DNA from: an uncultured Bacteroidota bacterium
GTDB taxonomy: Bacteria > Bacteroidota > Ignavibacteria > UBA10030 > UBA6906
Assembly (NCBI GenBank): GCA_963700635.1
Contig: CAVOYH010000001.1
Coordinates: 448,001 to 512,000 of the forward strand
DNA: 64,000 bases
Reading direction: 5' to 3'
In this document: positions 1 through 10,223 of the stretch, piece by piece
Numbering within the stretch: the first letter of the stretch is position 1
How the letters are laid out: each line of letters starts with the position of its first letter
Program-made: the position numbers and the translations under genes
Notes under the pieces: model-generated
Database searches by the model: none
Seen by the model: the letters and a program-made list of their open reading frames with translations, nothing else
Told to the model about the DNA's origin: nothing

Positions 1-8
1 GCCTTGCG

Positions 9-917
9 ATGACCATCTCTCCCCGCACACGTCACCGTCTTTACATTTTTGCCCTTGTTGCGCCGGCTTTTGTTGTGCTCTTCGGCGTTGTCGTGTATCC
101 CTTTTTCTACAACGTCATTCTCTCCCTTTCGAACATGAGCCTGCGCCACATCAAAGATTGGGAGATCATCGGATTTGGTCAGTATGTGAAGGTCTTTACG
201 GAACCGTCTCAGCCGGATTTTTATATGGTGTTCGTGAAGACGATTATCTGGACGGTCGTCAACGTTGTGTGTCATGTCGTCATCGGGGTTTTTCTGGCGC
301 TGGTGTTGAACCAGAAAGAAATCCGGGGGAAGGGCATTTTCCGGGCGATCCTGGTGCTTCCGTGGGCTGTGCCCCAGCTTATCGTCGCCCTCACCTGGCG
401 CGGCATGTTCAACTACGAGTTCGGGGCCATTAACCTGATGCTGACACAGTGGCTGGGGGTTGAGGGGGTGCAGTGGCTCCGGCAGCCGCTGGAGGCCTTC
501 CTCGCCGTGATCATCACCAACGTCTGGCTGGGTTTTCCGTTTATGATGGTCATCGCGCTCGGGGCGCTGCAGAGTATTCCGCACGATCTGTATGAGGCGG
601 CGGATATTGACGGCGCCTCCTGGTTGCACAAGCTCCGCCACATCACCATTCCGCTTATACAACCCGTTATGGTGCCGGCGATCACCCTGGGTACGATCTG
701 GACATTCAACAACCTGAACATCGTCTGGCTGGTGAGTAATGCAGGCGAGCCGTCGGATCAAACCCATCTGCTCGTCTCATTTGTCTACAAGGCTGCGTTC
801 AATTTCTACCGGTATGGATACGGCGCGGCGCTGTCCATGATAATCTTCTTTGTCCTGCTGGCGTTCAGTCTCGCCTTCATGCGCAAATCAAACGTCACAC
901 AGAATGTGTATTCCTGA
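9..917 (+). CDS. Sugar (maltose/maltodextrin-type) ABC transporter permease, MalF-like
   Basis: Multi-TM protein with EAA motif (LYEAADIDGAS); followed by a second permease. Confidence 0.9.
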   Translation: MTISPRTRHRLYIFALVAPAFVVLFGVVVYPFFYNVILSLSNMSLRHIKDWEIIGFGQYVKVFTEPSQPDFYMVFVKTIIWTVVNVVCHVVIGVFLALVLNQKEIRGKGIFRAILVLPWAVPQLIVALTWRGMFNYEFGAINLMLTQWLGVEGVQWLRQPLEAFLAVIITNVWLGFPFMMVIALGALQSIPHDLYEAADIDGASWLHKLRHITIPLIQPVMVPAITLGTIWTFNNLNIVWLVSNAGEPSDQTHLLVSFVYKAAFNFYRYGYGAALSMIIFFVLLAFSLAFMRKSNVTQNVYS

Positions 918-929
918 GAGGTGGTCGCT

Positions 930-1772
930 ATGGTGCGGAGCAAATCGGCAACAACGATTCGGTTGATCGCCAGTTATACGGTGCTTGTGATCTTTGCGAT
1001 CATAGCGCTGTATCCCGTCCTCCAGATTGTCAACATTTCACTCCGTCCGGCGGACAGGCTTCTCTCAACCTCGCTCGAGTTGATACCCGAACATGCGTCG
1101 CTGGACAACTACGTCGCGCTGTTCACGGAGCGCCCCTTTCTTGTGTGGTTGAGCAATAGCACGTTGGTCGCTCTTGTTGTCACCCTCACAGGGGTGGTTC
1201 TGGCTTCCACGACGGGATATGCATTTTCGCGTTACTCGTTTGTGGGGAAGAGGGCGGGGTTGCTGAGTCTGCTCGTTACGCAGATGTTTCCTGCCACGAT
1301 GCTGCTCCTGCCGATGTATATCATGCTCGTAAAACTCCATTTGATAAACACCTTTCTCGGCATCGTGATCATGTATTCCGCCACGGCGCTGCCATTCTGT
1401 ATCTGGCAGATGAAAGGATATTACGACACGTTGCCCGTCAGTCTGGAAGAAGCGGGCAGGATTGATGGCGCATCGCAGATGCAGATCTTTTTCAGAATTA
1501 TCCTGCCTCTGGCCGCACCGGCCCTGGTCATCACGGCGTTGTTTTCGTTTATGGCTGCCTGGACAGAATATGTCGTGGCGGCGCAGATCCTGCAGGACAC
1601 GGAGCTCTGGACGCTCCCCCTCGGCCTGAAGTCGTTTGAGTCCAATATGGGTTCTGAATGGGGGCTCTACGGCGCCGCTTCGGTGATGGTCACCATCCCG
1701 GTCGTGCTGCTTTTCCTCTCTCTCAGTCGCTGGCTGGTGTCGGGGTTGACGCTGGGCAGCGTAAAAGGGTAA
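930..1772 (+). CDS. Sugar ABC transporter permease, MalG-like
   Basis: EAA motif LEEAGRIDGAS, C-terminal GLTLGSVKG; ATG 930 follows a GAGGTGG RBS (ORF track starts at GTG 921). Confidence 0.9.
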   Translation: MVRSKSATTIRLIASYTVLVIFAIIALYPVLQIVNISLRPADRLLSTSLELIPEHASLDNYVALFTERPFLVWLSNSTLVALVVTLTGVVLASTTGYAFSRYSFVGKRAGLLSLLVTQMFPATMLLLPMYIMLVKLHLINTFLGIVIMYSATALPFCIWQMKGYYDTLPVSLEEAGRIDGASQMQIFFRIILPLAAPALVITALFSFMAAWTEYVVAAQILQDTELWTLPLGLKSFESNMGSEWGLYGAASVMVTIPVVLLFLSLSRWLVSGLTLGSVKG

Positions 1773-1802
1773 CAACGATTCATCTGAACGAAAGGCCTTT
1801 CG

Positions 1803-3119
1803 ATGGCCACGCCGCGTTTGTCATTTGTACAGATCTGGAATATGAGTTTTGGCTTTTTTGGAATTCAGTTCGGCTGGGGACTGCAGATGGCGAACATGAG
1901 CGCCATCTACGAATACCTGGGGGCGCGCCAGGATGAGATTGCATGGTTATGGATTGCGGCACCGCTGACCGGACTCATCGTCCAGCCAATCGTGGGCTAT
2001 TACAGCGACCGCACGTGGAACCGGCTCGGCCGGCGTCGTCCCTTCTTTCTTGTAGGGGCTGTCCTCTCCACGCTGGCTCTGATTGCCATGCCCAATTCAT
2101 CTGCGGTATGGATGGCTGCCGGCCTGCTCTGGGTGCTTGATGCGAGCATCAATATTACGATGGAACCGTTTCGGGCATTCGTCGGCGATCTGCTGCCCCG
2201 GGAACAACGCACCACAGGGTTTGCAATGCAGAGTCTGCTGATCGGACTCGGTGCCGTCCTCTCCTCGGCCTTGCCCTATGTGCTTACCAACTGGTTCGGG
2301 GTTACCAGTCAGACCGGCGCGGGGGTGATACCGGCGCCCGTACAGATTGCCTTCTATGTGGGCTCGGCGGTGTTCATGGCATCCGTCCTGTACACCATTC
2401 TTACCACAAGGGAATACCCCCCCACCGACATGGAGGAATTCGAGCGGCAAAAGGCACAGTCTGCCGGATTCGGGAACGCCTTCACCCAGATCATGCGCGG
2501 CATCGGAACCATGCCGAAAGCTATGCAGCAGCTCGCACTCGTCCAGTTTTTTACCTGGTTTGCTCTCTTCTGCATGTGGATCTATTTTGTTCCGGCTGTG
2601 GCCACGACAGTGTTTGGCGGGGCACCGGGTTCGCCGGAGTACCAGCGGGGGGTTGAGTGGGGGGGTGTCTGTTTTTCTCTCTACAATGGTGTTGCGTTTG
2701 TCTTCGCCTTTGTGCTCCTCGCACTGGCGCGCCATGTCTCACCGCGGGTGATTCACCGGCTTGCATTGGTTGCGGGGGGTGGTGGACTGATCCTGGCGGC
2801 TGCGCTTCAGGAGCAGTATGGGTTGCTCTTCTCGATGACACTGGTCGGGATTGCGTGGGCGAGCATCCTCTCCATGCCGTATGCCATGCTTTCCAATGCC
2901 ATCCCTGCGGAAAAAATGGGCTTCTACATGGGTGTGTTCAACTTCTTCATTGTGTTGCCGCAGATTCTTGCCTCGGCCGGACTCGGGCTGCTGATGCACT
3001 CGCTGCTTGGTGAAAATCCGATGAACGTCATCCTCCTCGGCGGTGGATCAATGGTGCTTGCAGGGTTACTCGTAGGTTTTGTTTCAAAAGAGGTTGAGGA
3101 CTTTGCGCCCCGGGGCTGA
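1803..3119 (+). CDS. MFS sugar transporter (maltose/sucrose GPH-like)
   Basis: WNMSFGFFGIQFGWGLQ, SDRTWNRLGRRRPF and MEPFRAFVGD motifs; multi-TM. Confidence 0.85.
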   Translation: MATPRLSFVQIWNMSFGFFGIQFGWGLQMANMSAIYEYLGARQDEIAWLWIAAPLTGLIVQPIVGYYSDRTWNRLGRRRPFFLVGAVLSTLALIAMPNSSAVWMAAGLLWVLDASINITMEPFRAFVGDLLPREQRTTGFAMQSLLIGLGAVLSSALPYVLTNWFGVTSQTGAGVIPAPVQIAFYVGSAVFMASVLYTILTTREYPPTDMEEFERQKAQSAGFGNAFTQIMRGIGTMPKAMQQLALVQFFTWFALFCMWIYFVPAVATTVFGGAPGSPEYQRGVEWGGVCFSLYNGVAFVFAFVLLALARHVSPRVIHRLALVAGGGGLILAAALQEQYGLLFSMTLVGIAWASILSMPYAMLSNAIPAEKMGFYMGVFNFFIVLPQILASAGLGLLMHSLLGENPMNVILLGGGSMVLAGLLVGFVSKEVEDFAPRG

Positions 3120-3154
3120 TGACCGGCATCGGGATCCGGACCGGGCTGCGCATA

Positions 3155-3694
3155 TCAGAGCGGATCTTCTTTCAACTTTCCATAGATCAGCAGATCCGTC
3201 ATCCGTCCATCCTTGCACACGGCCTGCCGCATTCGTCCCTCAAGGGTAAATCCCGCCTTCTCCAGCACTCTCGCCGATGCGGGATTCCATCCGAATGTAT
3301 TTGCGAAAATGCGGTTGATCTCCAGGTTGTTGAACCCCCACTCCGTGATTGCCCGCACAGCAAGGGTGGTAATACCTTTTCCCCAGTATGGTTCGGCCAG
3401 CCAGTAGCCCAGCTCGGCACTCCGGCGTAATACATCCGGCTGCGGATGGAGCCCGATTCCGCCGATAACTTCCTCCTTGGTGGCGATCGCAAATGCAGAT
3501 TGGGGTTTCATGGCCTGGACTTCTTTCAACCAGGCCTCGGCATGATGGACTTCGTAGGGGTGGGGGAAAATGTCGCGCAGATTCAGCCAGATGTTTTTGT
3601 TGTTGGCATACCGCAGCAGGTTGTTGATATCCTCCCGACGAAATGTCCGGATCATATACTCCCCGATGGGAAGCACCAGTTCGGGCTGGATCAT
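3155..3694 (-). CDS. GNAT N-acetyltransferase (RimJ/RimL family)
   Basis: ELGYWLAEPYWGKGI and NPASARVLEKAGF motifs. Confidence 0.88.
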   Translation of the reverse strand: MIQPELVLPIGEYMIRTFRREDINNLLRYANNKNIWLNLRDIFPHPYEVHHAEAWLKEVQAMKPQSAFAIATKEEVIGGIGLHPQPDVLRRSAELGYWLAEPYWGKGITTLAVRAITEWGFNNLEINRIFANTFGWNPASARVLEKAGFTLEGRMRQAVCKDGRMTDLLIYGKLKEDPL

Positions 3695-6600
3695 GGTACA
3701 ACGAGCTCATCGTAGATATTCGAGTCTGCCGGATTGATCCGCCCGCCTCCGTGCCACTCACCCCGATCGGCATGGACCATTCGGAATTCACCGATACCGG
3801 CTCCGCCGTGATCATCCTGCCCTCCTGTAACAACGACAAATCTCCAGAGCGGCGTCGGAGTGCCGAGCATCGAAAGGGGGAGCGAGAAGCGTATGGTTCC
3901 TGCGACACTATTTCCTATCGGGTTTGCCACATCCTCCGGTAAAGGAACGTACTCCGCCAGGATCTTTCCGGTGTGATCTTCTATTCGCATCCCGCCTCCC
4001 ACGAGTATCAACCGTTCATATCCCAGGCCTCCGGGCAGGGCATAGTGTGCCTGCGCGGGCAGGTGTGTGCTGCCAGTTCCCATTTTCCCGTCTGTGTCTA
4101 TGGCAATCGCCACCAGGGTCAGCTGGAAACCGTATTCGGGATGCCAGCCGGGATCCGAGAGCGCCTTCAACTGTATCGTAAAGGAGGCATTCGTGGAATT
4201 TGTATCAACGGTGAACCTGGTGATATCAAACGATCCCGGCCGGAAATTCACGTTTGCAGGATACGTCAGTCGTCCACCGCGATCCGCAACTGCGCCGGTT
4301 CCGGTGTCATCTCCTGACGGATCGTGGACATCCAGGAAGGGTGCTGTCGTGCCGACCGCCGCCGTGACCTGTGCGTGTGTAAGCAGTGGATGGGCCGGAC
4401 CCCTGATCGTCTGTAGTCCGGGCGCCAGGGAGGGGGTAGCAAAGTGCAGGGCACCGGAGTTGTCAGCTGCAGCGCCTCTGTTGCTTCTCTGTGACGCAAT
4501 AAAATGCTGCTCTCCGTTCACCACGAGACCTGCTGTGGAATCATCCCGGTTCCACACCACGACTGTTCCTCCCGTGTACGGAAACGATATCGAAGAGGCC
4601 GAGGAAGGCCCTGTCGGGAGTTCAACGTTGACTCTGTATCGTGAGCTCAGCGGGGGGGCGGTCAGCGTGATGCTTGCAGGATGTGCTGTTGCATTGACCG
4701 TGACCCCCACTGTTTTACCCCCGACCGTGCATCGGGCTTCAACATTTCCGAGCGCTCTCGGGATTCGCGGGCGGATGGTTATGCTCCGGTCAAGTTCACG
4801 CACGGTGAGTCCCACATAATCATCAAAAACATTTCTCACGAATTCTGCGAGATTCCATGCCTGGGAGACCGTTCCGGAAAGCCGGGGCTCCCGTTCTCCG
4901 GGGCGCGTGAGCGCGTCCAGTAGTTCGGATTGTGTGCCCACTGCACCACGGCGGAGAATTTGATGAACGGAATTCATCGTGAGAATGAAGGCCGTGTCCT
5001 GTCTGCCGGCGGAACACAACTCCGAGATCACCGGGCCCTGCAGCCAGGTCCATACTGTACCGTTGTGGTACGCCGCATCCTTGGGATAGTACGGTGGATA
5101 TTCGTGATACGGGTGGAACTGCTTTTCCGTCTGAGCGAGGGAGGCTACACCGTACGGATAGGTGAGTTGTGTCATCACGGTACGCAGCATTGCCCGCCGA
5201 TTCGCCTCGGCAAGCAGGGGGGCGGTGAACACCTGGTTGGGCCTGACGTGAAGGTCAGGTATGCCGTCCGGACGGAGATGATCTGCAATACCATCCGGCC
5301 GGACGAACAAATGTGCAAATGAAGTCCGGAGTTGCTCAAGGACCGTGTGCCAGGCCCGGGCGGATTGGACATCCCCGAGGCGCGTGGCAAACCATATCCC
5401 CGCCTCCAGTTGCTGCGCCCAGAGTGCCTGAATATCATTGGCGCGATTTCCCCGCGGGCTCCACGGTCCGGAAGGGCCTACCGCATCCATCCACGTTTCT
5501 GCATCCCCGTGGGTAAGGAAGCCGAGACTATCCGTATGATACCGGAGTGTGCCTTCGATAGCCCTGAGCACGACCGGATAGAGTTCGAGCAGGAATGCTT
5601 CATCGCCGGAGCGCTCCACATACTCGCGTGCCATTTTTACAAAGCGGGGTGTTCCGTCTGCGGTGTTGAAGGCGGTGTCCGTTGTGGTCACGATATTGGG
5701 AATCCGGCCGTAGTCCATTGAGAGGGAATCACGTTTCTGGAATGCGCTGAAGGAGCGTAAAATTTCCCTTGCCTCAGCGTATGCGCCGGTAACGAGCGTT
5801 GCACCCGGCAGAGCAATGAATGTATCACGCCCCCAGTAGTTGTTGAACCAGGGTAATCCCGCAAAAATCCCCTTGCCTGTCTGGTTCATAATTAACGCAG
5901 AAAGGGAAAGTCTGGCCCAGGCCAATGCCTTGTTAAACTCCGTGTGGCCGGTGTTCACATATCCGCGTGAAAGTTCGGATTCCATTCGCTGCCGGCGTTC
6001 AGAGCGGAACCGGATCTCTTCGTGTGTGTAGGCCTGCAGGAGGCGGCTCACCTCCGACTCGTCGCGGCCCACCGCAAAGAGGAACAAGTGTTTCCGCGCC
6101 CTGGGTGCATACACCCTGACAGGAGAATACTGGCGGCCGACCCGGGTGTCAAGAGTCTCCGGTAGAGCGTTCGTCCCGCTGATTCCCATCCAGAGGGGAG
6201 TGCCCGGGGCACGGGCACGACGAAGATCGTGTGTCCGGGCGAGTATGGCGGCACCGGGTAAAAGCCGAATGACAAAGTCCTGACGGGAGTGCACGTCTGC
6301 AAAAAGAGGGACAATACCAGCATCGACAGGTGCGGGGAAGGTAAGAGTGATCGCCAGCAGAGCGATACTATCGGCCGGCCAGACCTCTTCGAGAATACCG
6401 CCGGGATAATGCCGTTCCAGGTGATCCGGAAATACGACGGTTCTGCTGGACGAAGTGCGTGGGAAGTCCTTTCCTTCCACAAGCATTAGATAATCGTCGA
6501 GGAATTCCTGTCCACGGACGTTAAAACCCTGCCAGCTGGCAGTATTGGGTCCGCCGGTTTCGCCATAGTAAAAGGCATCAATGGTATTTGTGTAGACGAA

Positions 6601-6705
6601 CGGACGTGAGTCCCCGCTGACCTCTATACCGAGTGTGGAAAGCGGCTGACCGGATGCGACACTCCCCAAGATGAGCACGATTGCGGAAAAACGCGTCGGG
6701 AGCAT
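3691..6705 (-). CDS. Amylo-alpha-1,6-glucosidase/glycogen debranching-like enzyme with signal peptide and C-terminal glucodextranase (DOMON-like) domain
   Basis: IFAGLPWFNNYWGRDTFIALPG, TWMDA, AYHNGTVWTWL, QAWN motifs; C-terminal DPSGDDTG...YP...GSFDI; hydrophobic N-terminus. Confidence 0.8.
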   Translation of the reverse strand: MLPTRFSAIVLILGSVASGQPLSTLGIEVSGDSRPFVYTNTIDAFYYGETGGPNTASWQGFNVRGQEFLDDYLMLVEGKDFPRTSSSRTVVFPDHLERHYPGGILEEVWPADSIALLAITLTFPAPVDAGIVPLFADVHSRQDFVIRLLPGAAILARTHDLRRARAPGTPLWMGISGTNALPETLDTRVGRQYSPVRVYAPRARKHLFLFAVGRDESEVSRLLQAYTHEEIRFRSERRQRMESELSRGYVNTGHTEFNKALAWARLSLSALIMNQTGKGIFAGLPWFNNYWGRDTFIALPGATLVTGAYAEAREILRSFSAFQKRDSLSMDYGRIPNIVTTTDTAFNTADGTPRFVKMAREYVERSGDEAFLLELYPVVLRAIEGTLRYHTDSLGFLTHGDAETWMDAVGPSGPWSPRGNRANDIQALWAQQLEAGIWFATRLGDVQSARAWHTVLEQLRTSFAHLFVRPDGIADHLRPDGIPDLHVRPNQVFTAPLLAEANRRAMLRTVMTQLTYPYGVASLAQTEKQFHPYHEYPPYYPKDAAYHNGTVWTWLQGPVISELCSAGRQDTAFILTMNSVHQILRRGAVGTQSELLDALTRPGEREPRLSGTVSQAWNLAEFVRNVFDDYVGLTVRELDRSITIRPRIPRALGNVEARCTVGGKTVGVTVNATAHPASITLTAPPLSSRYRVNVELPTGPSSASSISFPYTGGTVVVWNRDDSTAGLVVNGEQHFIASQRSNRGAAADNSGALHFATPSLAPGLQTIRGPAHPLLTHAQVTAAVGTTAPFLDVHDPSGDDTGTGAVADRGGRLTYPANVNFRPGSFDITRFTVDTNSTNASFTIQLKALSDPGWHPEYGFQLTLVAIAIDTDGKMGTGSTHLPAQAHYALPGGLGYERLILVGGGMRIEDHTGKILAEYVPLPEDVANPIGNSVAGTIRFSLPLSMLGTPTPLWRFVVVTGGQDDHGGAGIGEFRMVHADRGEWHGGGRINPADSNIYDELVVP

Positions 6706-6711
6706 ACAGGT

Positions 6712-6930
6712 TTACCTCCCGAAAAGGATCGGAAGGAGGATATACGCCGCACTGAGACCGGAGATGATAAGGGTCACGAACATCCCAACAGTCCAGAAGA
6801 ACATGCGGAGATCCCCATCTTTTTGATTGGCTACGGCCAGAGCCCTTCGGAAGCACCATACCGAGGTGGCGAGCGTGACGAGGCTGATCGTTCCGAAGGC
6901 AAGCAGTAGTATGAGGTCAAGACGCGCCAT
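6712..6930 (-). CDS. Small 2-TM hypothetical membrane protein
   Basis: Two hydrophobic helices; ends 6 bp before the glycosidase start; ATG 6930 chosen. Confidence 0.6.
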   Translation of the reverse strand: MARLDLILLLAFGTISLVTLATSVWCFRRALAVANQKDGDLRMFFWTVGMFVTLIISGLSAAYILLPILFGR

Positions 6931-6973
6931 GAGAAAATATACAAAACGACGCCACAGTATCCAAGTGGGAGAG

Positions 6974-7002
6974 TTGCAGTTCATTTTGGCTCTGGGTATA
7001 TT
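6974..7002 (+). promoter_or_regulatory. Putative sigma70 promoter
   Basis: TTGCAG-N17-TATATT upstream of the receiver gene. Confidence 0.45.
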
Positions 7003-7030
7003 ACAGCAAAAATGTCAAATGCAGGAGTGA

Positions 7031-7417
7031 ATGATGTCGAAGGCACGTGATGGGGGGATCCTGATTGTTGAAGACGAGCATGAACTGCGCAGTCTCTTTG
7101 CACTGCTGTTGGAGGTTGAGGGATATACGGTATACCAGGCAGACGACGGAAAACAGGGTCTGGAAGTCCTGCGGGCTCATGCCGGGGATATCGGGTTGCT
7201 TATCACCGACCTTAATCTTCCCCAGCTTGCGGGTATAGACCTCATCAGTCACGCCAGAACGATCAACCCTTCTGTCAAGATTGTCGGGACCAGCGGTATG
7301 GGTGGAACCGCCATCCGTGAGATGGTTCTGAAGGCGGGGGCAGACGTTTTTTTGCCGAAGCCGTTTCAGCCACAGGAGGCGATCCGCATGCTCAACTCCA
7401 TCATGGGAAAACCATGA
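7031..7417 (+). CDS. Single-domain response regulator (CheY-like receiver)
   Basis: [16 protein letters not shown] (phospho-Asp), FLPKPF. Confidence 0.88.
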   Translation: MMSKARDGGILIVEDEHELRSLFALLLEVEGYTVYQADDGKQGLEVLRAHAGDIGLLITDLNLPQLAGIDLISHARTINPSVKIVGTSGMGGTAIREMVLKAGADVFLPKPFQPQEAIRMLNSIMGKP

Positions 7418-7827
7418 AATCCGCTACGGAGTATTTGTGGTTCAACACCCGCACAAAACGCGAGTATATCAACGTAACGGCTCAGGTCCAGGGTATTGTG
7501 GACAAAAGCGGCATCCGTGAAGGGATGGTGCTGGTATCTGCGATGCATATCACGGCAGGAGTGTATGTAAATGATGCCGAAGACGGCCTGATACAGGATA
7601 TCGACGAGTGGCTGGAACAGCTGGCCCCCTTTAACGAGAATTACCGCCATCATCGGACGGGCGAAACCAATGGTGATGCGCATCTCAAGAGTCTGCTGGT
7701 CCATCATGAAGTGATCCTGCCGGTTACCAAAGGTGCCCTGGATTTGGGCCCCTGGCAACAAGTGTATTATGCCGAGTTTGACGGCAAGCGGCGCAAACGT
7801 GTTATCGTCAAGGTTATGGGGGAATAG
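7414..7827 (+). CDS. yjbQ: YjbQ/UPF0047 family protein
   Basis: [37 protein letters not shown]. Confidence 0.88.
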   Translation: MKSATEYLWFNTRTKREYINVTAQVQGIVDKSGIREGMVLVSAMHITAGVYVNDAEDGLIQDIDEWLEQLAPFNENYRHHRTGETNGDAHLKSLLVHHEVILPVTKGALDLGPWQQVYYAEFDGKRRKRVIVKVMGE

Positions 7828-7918
7828 CCGGATCCGGCGAACCCCTCGCCACGCCATCGGTGTCTTAATGCAAGAGGACATCGTCAATGCTGTTTCATCT
7901 TTATGTGTAGGAGCATCC

Positions 7919-9289
7919 ATGGGACTTCTGTGCCGCATTAGTGTGATTTTCATTGTGCTTGTATCCGGTGTTATGCCCTCGGGGGCTCAGACCATCTCCC
8001 CCTCTGAACCGTTTAGTGTCTCAGCGGATGTGTATCGTTTCCGGGGCGGGGATGACGATCATGTGCTTATTGAGATCGCCTATGCTTTTCCCGAACGAAC
8101 GCTGACCTACCAGCCGGACGCATCCGGTTTTACCGGTGCGGCGGACGTGACCATGAGCATCACGCTCAACGATTCGGTTGTACGGGCAGACCGGTGGTTG
8201 GTTCCGCACACGGTGCCGGACACGTCAGTTTTTTCGCGGGGCATGAATCTCGTGGGAGTGCACAAATGGCAGCTGCAGACGGGCGAGTACATTCTCCGGG
8301 TGCTGGCCCGTGACCGTCATGACCCTGACCGGCGCGATAGTATAACGATGCGTCTGCCGATCCGCACCTTTTCCACCGCGGCGCCCTCACTCAGCGATGT
8401 GGAACTCGCCTCCGTGATCCGCCAGGGAAATCAGGAGGGGATCTTCTATAAGAATACCCTGGATGTGGTTCCCAACGTCGGCGGGATGTTCAGCGAGGAC
8501 CAGCTCTGCTATTACTACGCCGAAGCATACAACATGTTAGCCCTTCCCGATACGGGAGGGTTTGTCGTCCGCACCAGCGTCTATAATGCCGTCGGACACG
8601 AGATCATTTCACGCGAACGCCCGAAAAAAATCGTCGGTGAGTCCAGCGTGATTATTGATCAACTCTCCGTGAAAAACCTCCGTACGGGTACGTACTCTCT
8701 GGTCGTCTCGCTTCTCGGCGATGACGCCAGTGTGATGAGCACTGCAGGCAGGAAGTTGTTTGTGTTTAATCCTACGCTGGGAGTGGATTCGACATTGCTG
8801 GCCTCGGCATCCGCCATGCCGATGGCACAGTACATGGCAATGGATGAAGCAGAGCTCGATCGTGAATTTCAATGGTGCCGGTATGTCAGCTACGACGACG
8901 AGAAGGAGCAATTCAACGCTCTGAAGGGCGCGGATGCGAAACGAAAATTTCTCTCGGATTTCTGGCGGCGGAGAGCCCCGGGTGACAGGGAAGAGTACCT
9001 TGCACGGATCGCCTACGCAAATGCAAACTTCCGGGTATTATCACGTGATGGGTACCGAACGGACCGGGGACGTGTGCTGGTCATGTATGGGTACGCCGAT
9101 GATATCGATCGGCATCCAAACGAAACGGAGACCCGTCCGTACGAAATCTGGTCGTACAACAACATCCAGGGTGGTGTGGTCTTCGTTTTTGTTCTCCGTA
9201 ACGCCGCGGGAGACTATGAACTCATCCATTCCACGCATCGTAACGAGCTCCACGACGAGAATTGGGATCGCGTCGGGGTTACGCGGTGA
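7919..9289 (+). CDS. GWxTD domain-containing exported protein
   Basis: Signal peptide; C-terminal FLSDFWRRR...ANANF...GYRTDRGRVLVMYG...YEIWSY; AGGAG RBS before ATG 7919. Confidence 0.8.
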   Translation: MGLLCRISVIFIVLVSGVMPSGAQTISPSEPFSVSADVYRFRGGDDDHVLIEIAYAFPERTLTYQPDASGFTGAADVTMSITLNDSVVRADRWLVPHTVPDTSVFSRGMNLVGVHKWQLQTGEYILRVLARDRHDPDRRDSITMRLPIRTFSTAAPSLSDVELASVIRQGNQEGIFYKNTLDVVPNVGGMFSEDQLCYYYAEAYNMLALPDTGGFVVRTSVYNAVGHEIISRERPKKIVGESSVIIDQLSVKNLRTGTYSLVVSLLGDDASVMSTAGRKLFVFNPTLGVDSTLLASASAMPMAQYMAMDEAELDREFQWCRYVSYDDEKEQFNALKGADAKRKFLSDFWRRRAPGDREEYLARIAYANANFRVLSRDGYRTDRGRVLVMYGYADDIDRHPNETETRPYEIWSYNNIQGGVVFVFVLRNAAGDYELIHSTHRNELHDENWDRVGVTR

Positions 9290-9299
9290 GCAGTAGGGA

Positions 9300-10223
9300 G
9301 TGATCCCCTTTCTCGAATACATTCTGTTCCGGATGCTCGCTGCACTCGTAAGCCGTCTCCCGTACAGGATGGCGGGAGCCCTGGGTGCCGGATTCGGGAC
9401 AGCCGTACTGTCCCTGACGGGCTACCGGAAAGCGGTCACTTTTGACAATCTCAAACGGGCGTTCCCTGAAAAATCGGACCCGGAGATCAGTCAGATCGCA
9501 CGCGGAGCATACCGGAACTATGGCAGGGCGATTCTGGAAATGCTCTGGGCGGGCGGACAGGGTCCTGACGCCCTGAGGGCAAAAATTCATCCGCGTAACC
9601 AGCAGCTCCTGGACGACGCGCTGCGCGAAGGCCATGGCGTTGTCCTCATGTCCGCGCATTACGGGTCGTGGGAATTCCTTCTCAACGGTCTGAAGCTTCA
9701 TATCCCCACCCCCTTCATGGCGATCGCCCAGCGCCAGCGTAATGAACGGATCGATGCCCTGATCGACAGACGCCGCCGGCGGTTTGATGTGACCACCGTC
9801 CCGATGGGACCGTCGGTCCGCGAGGTTCTCCGGGGATTGCAGAACGGAAACATCGTCCTCATCCTCGGGGATCAAAGCGGCCCGCGTGAATCAGTCTTTA
9901 TTCCATTCTTCGGCAGACCCTCTGCAACGCATCGCGGCGCTGCAGCGTTTGCGCTTCGCGCGGGCGCTCCTATCATCATGGTCTTCTTGCTCCGGCGGGC
10001 TGACGGGATGCATGAGGCCGTCTTCGAACGGGTAAATACTGGCGGCCTCAGCGGCGACAGGGAGGACCAGATAGTTGAACTCACGAAACGGCATATGGCA
10101 ACGCTGGAACGGTACATCCGCATGAGGCCTGACCACTGGCTGTGGATGCACAAACGCTGGAAGCATACACCCGGTTATGAACATGAACAGAACGCCGGAG
10201 CACGGGAAGCGGGAGTTGTATGA
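9300..10223 (+). CDS. Lipid A late acyltransferase (LpxL/HtrB family)
   Basis: SAHYGSWE, LGDQ, PFFGRP, PDHWLWMHKRWK. Confidence 0.88.
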   Translation: MIPFLEYILFRMLAALVSRLPYRMAGALGAGFGTAVLSLTGYRKAVTFDNLKRAFPEKSDPEISQIARGAYRNYGRAILEMLWAGGQGPDALRAKIHPRNQQLLDDALREGHGVVLMSAHYGSWEFLLNGLKLHIPTPFMAIAQRQRNERIDALIDRRRRRFDVTTVPMGPSVREVLRGLQNGNIVLILGDQSGPRESVFIPFFGRPSATHRGAAAFALRAGAPIIMVFLLRRADGMHEAVFERVNTGGLSGDREDQIVELTKRHMATLERYIRMRPDHWLWMHKRWKHTPGYEHEQNAGAREAGVV

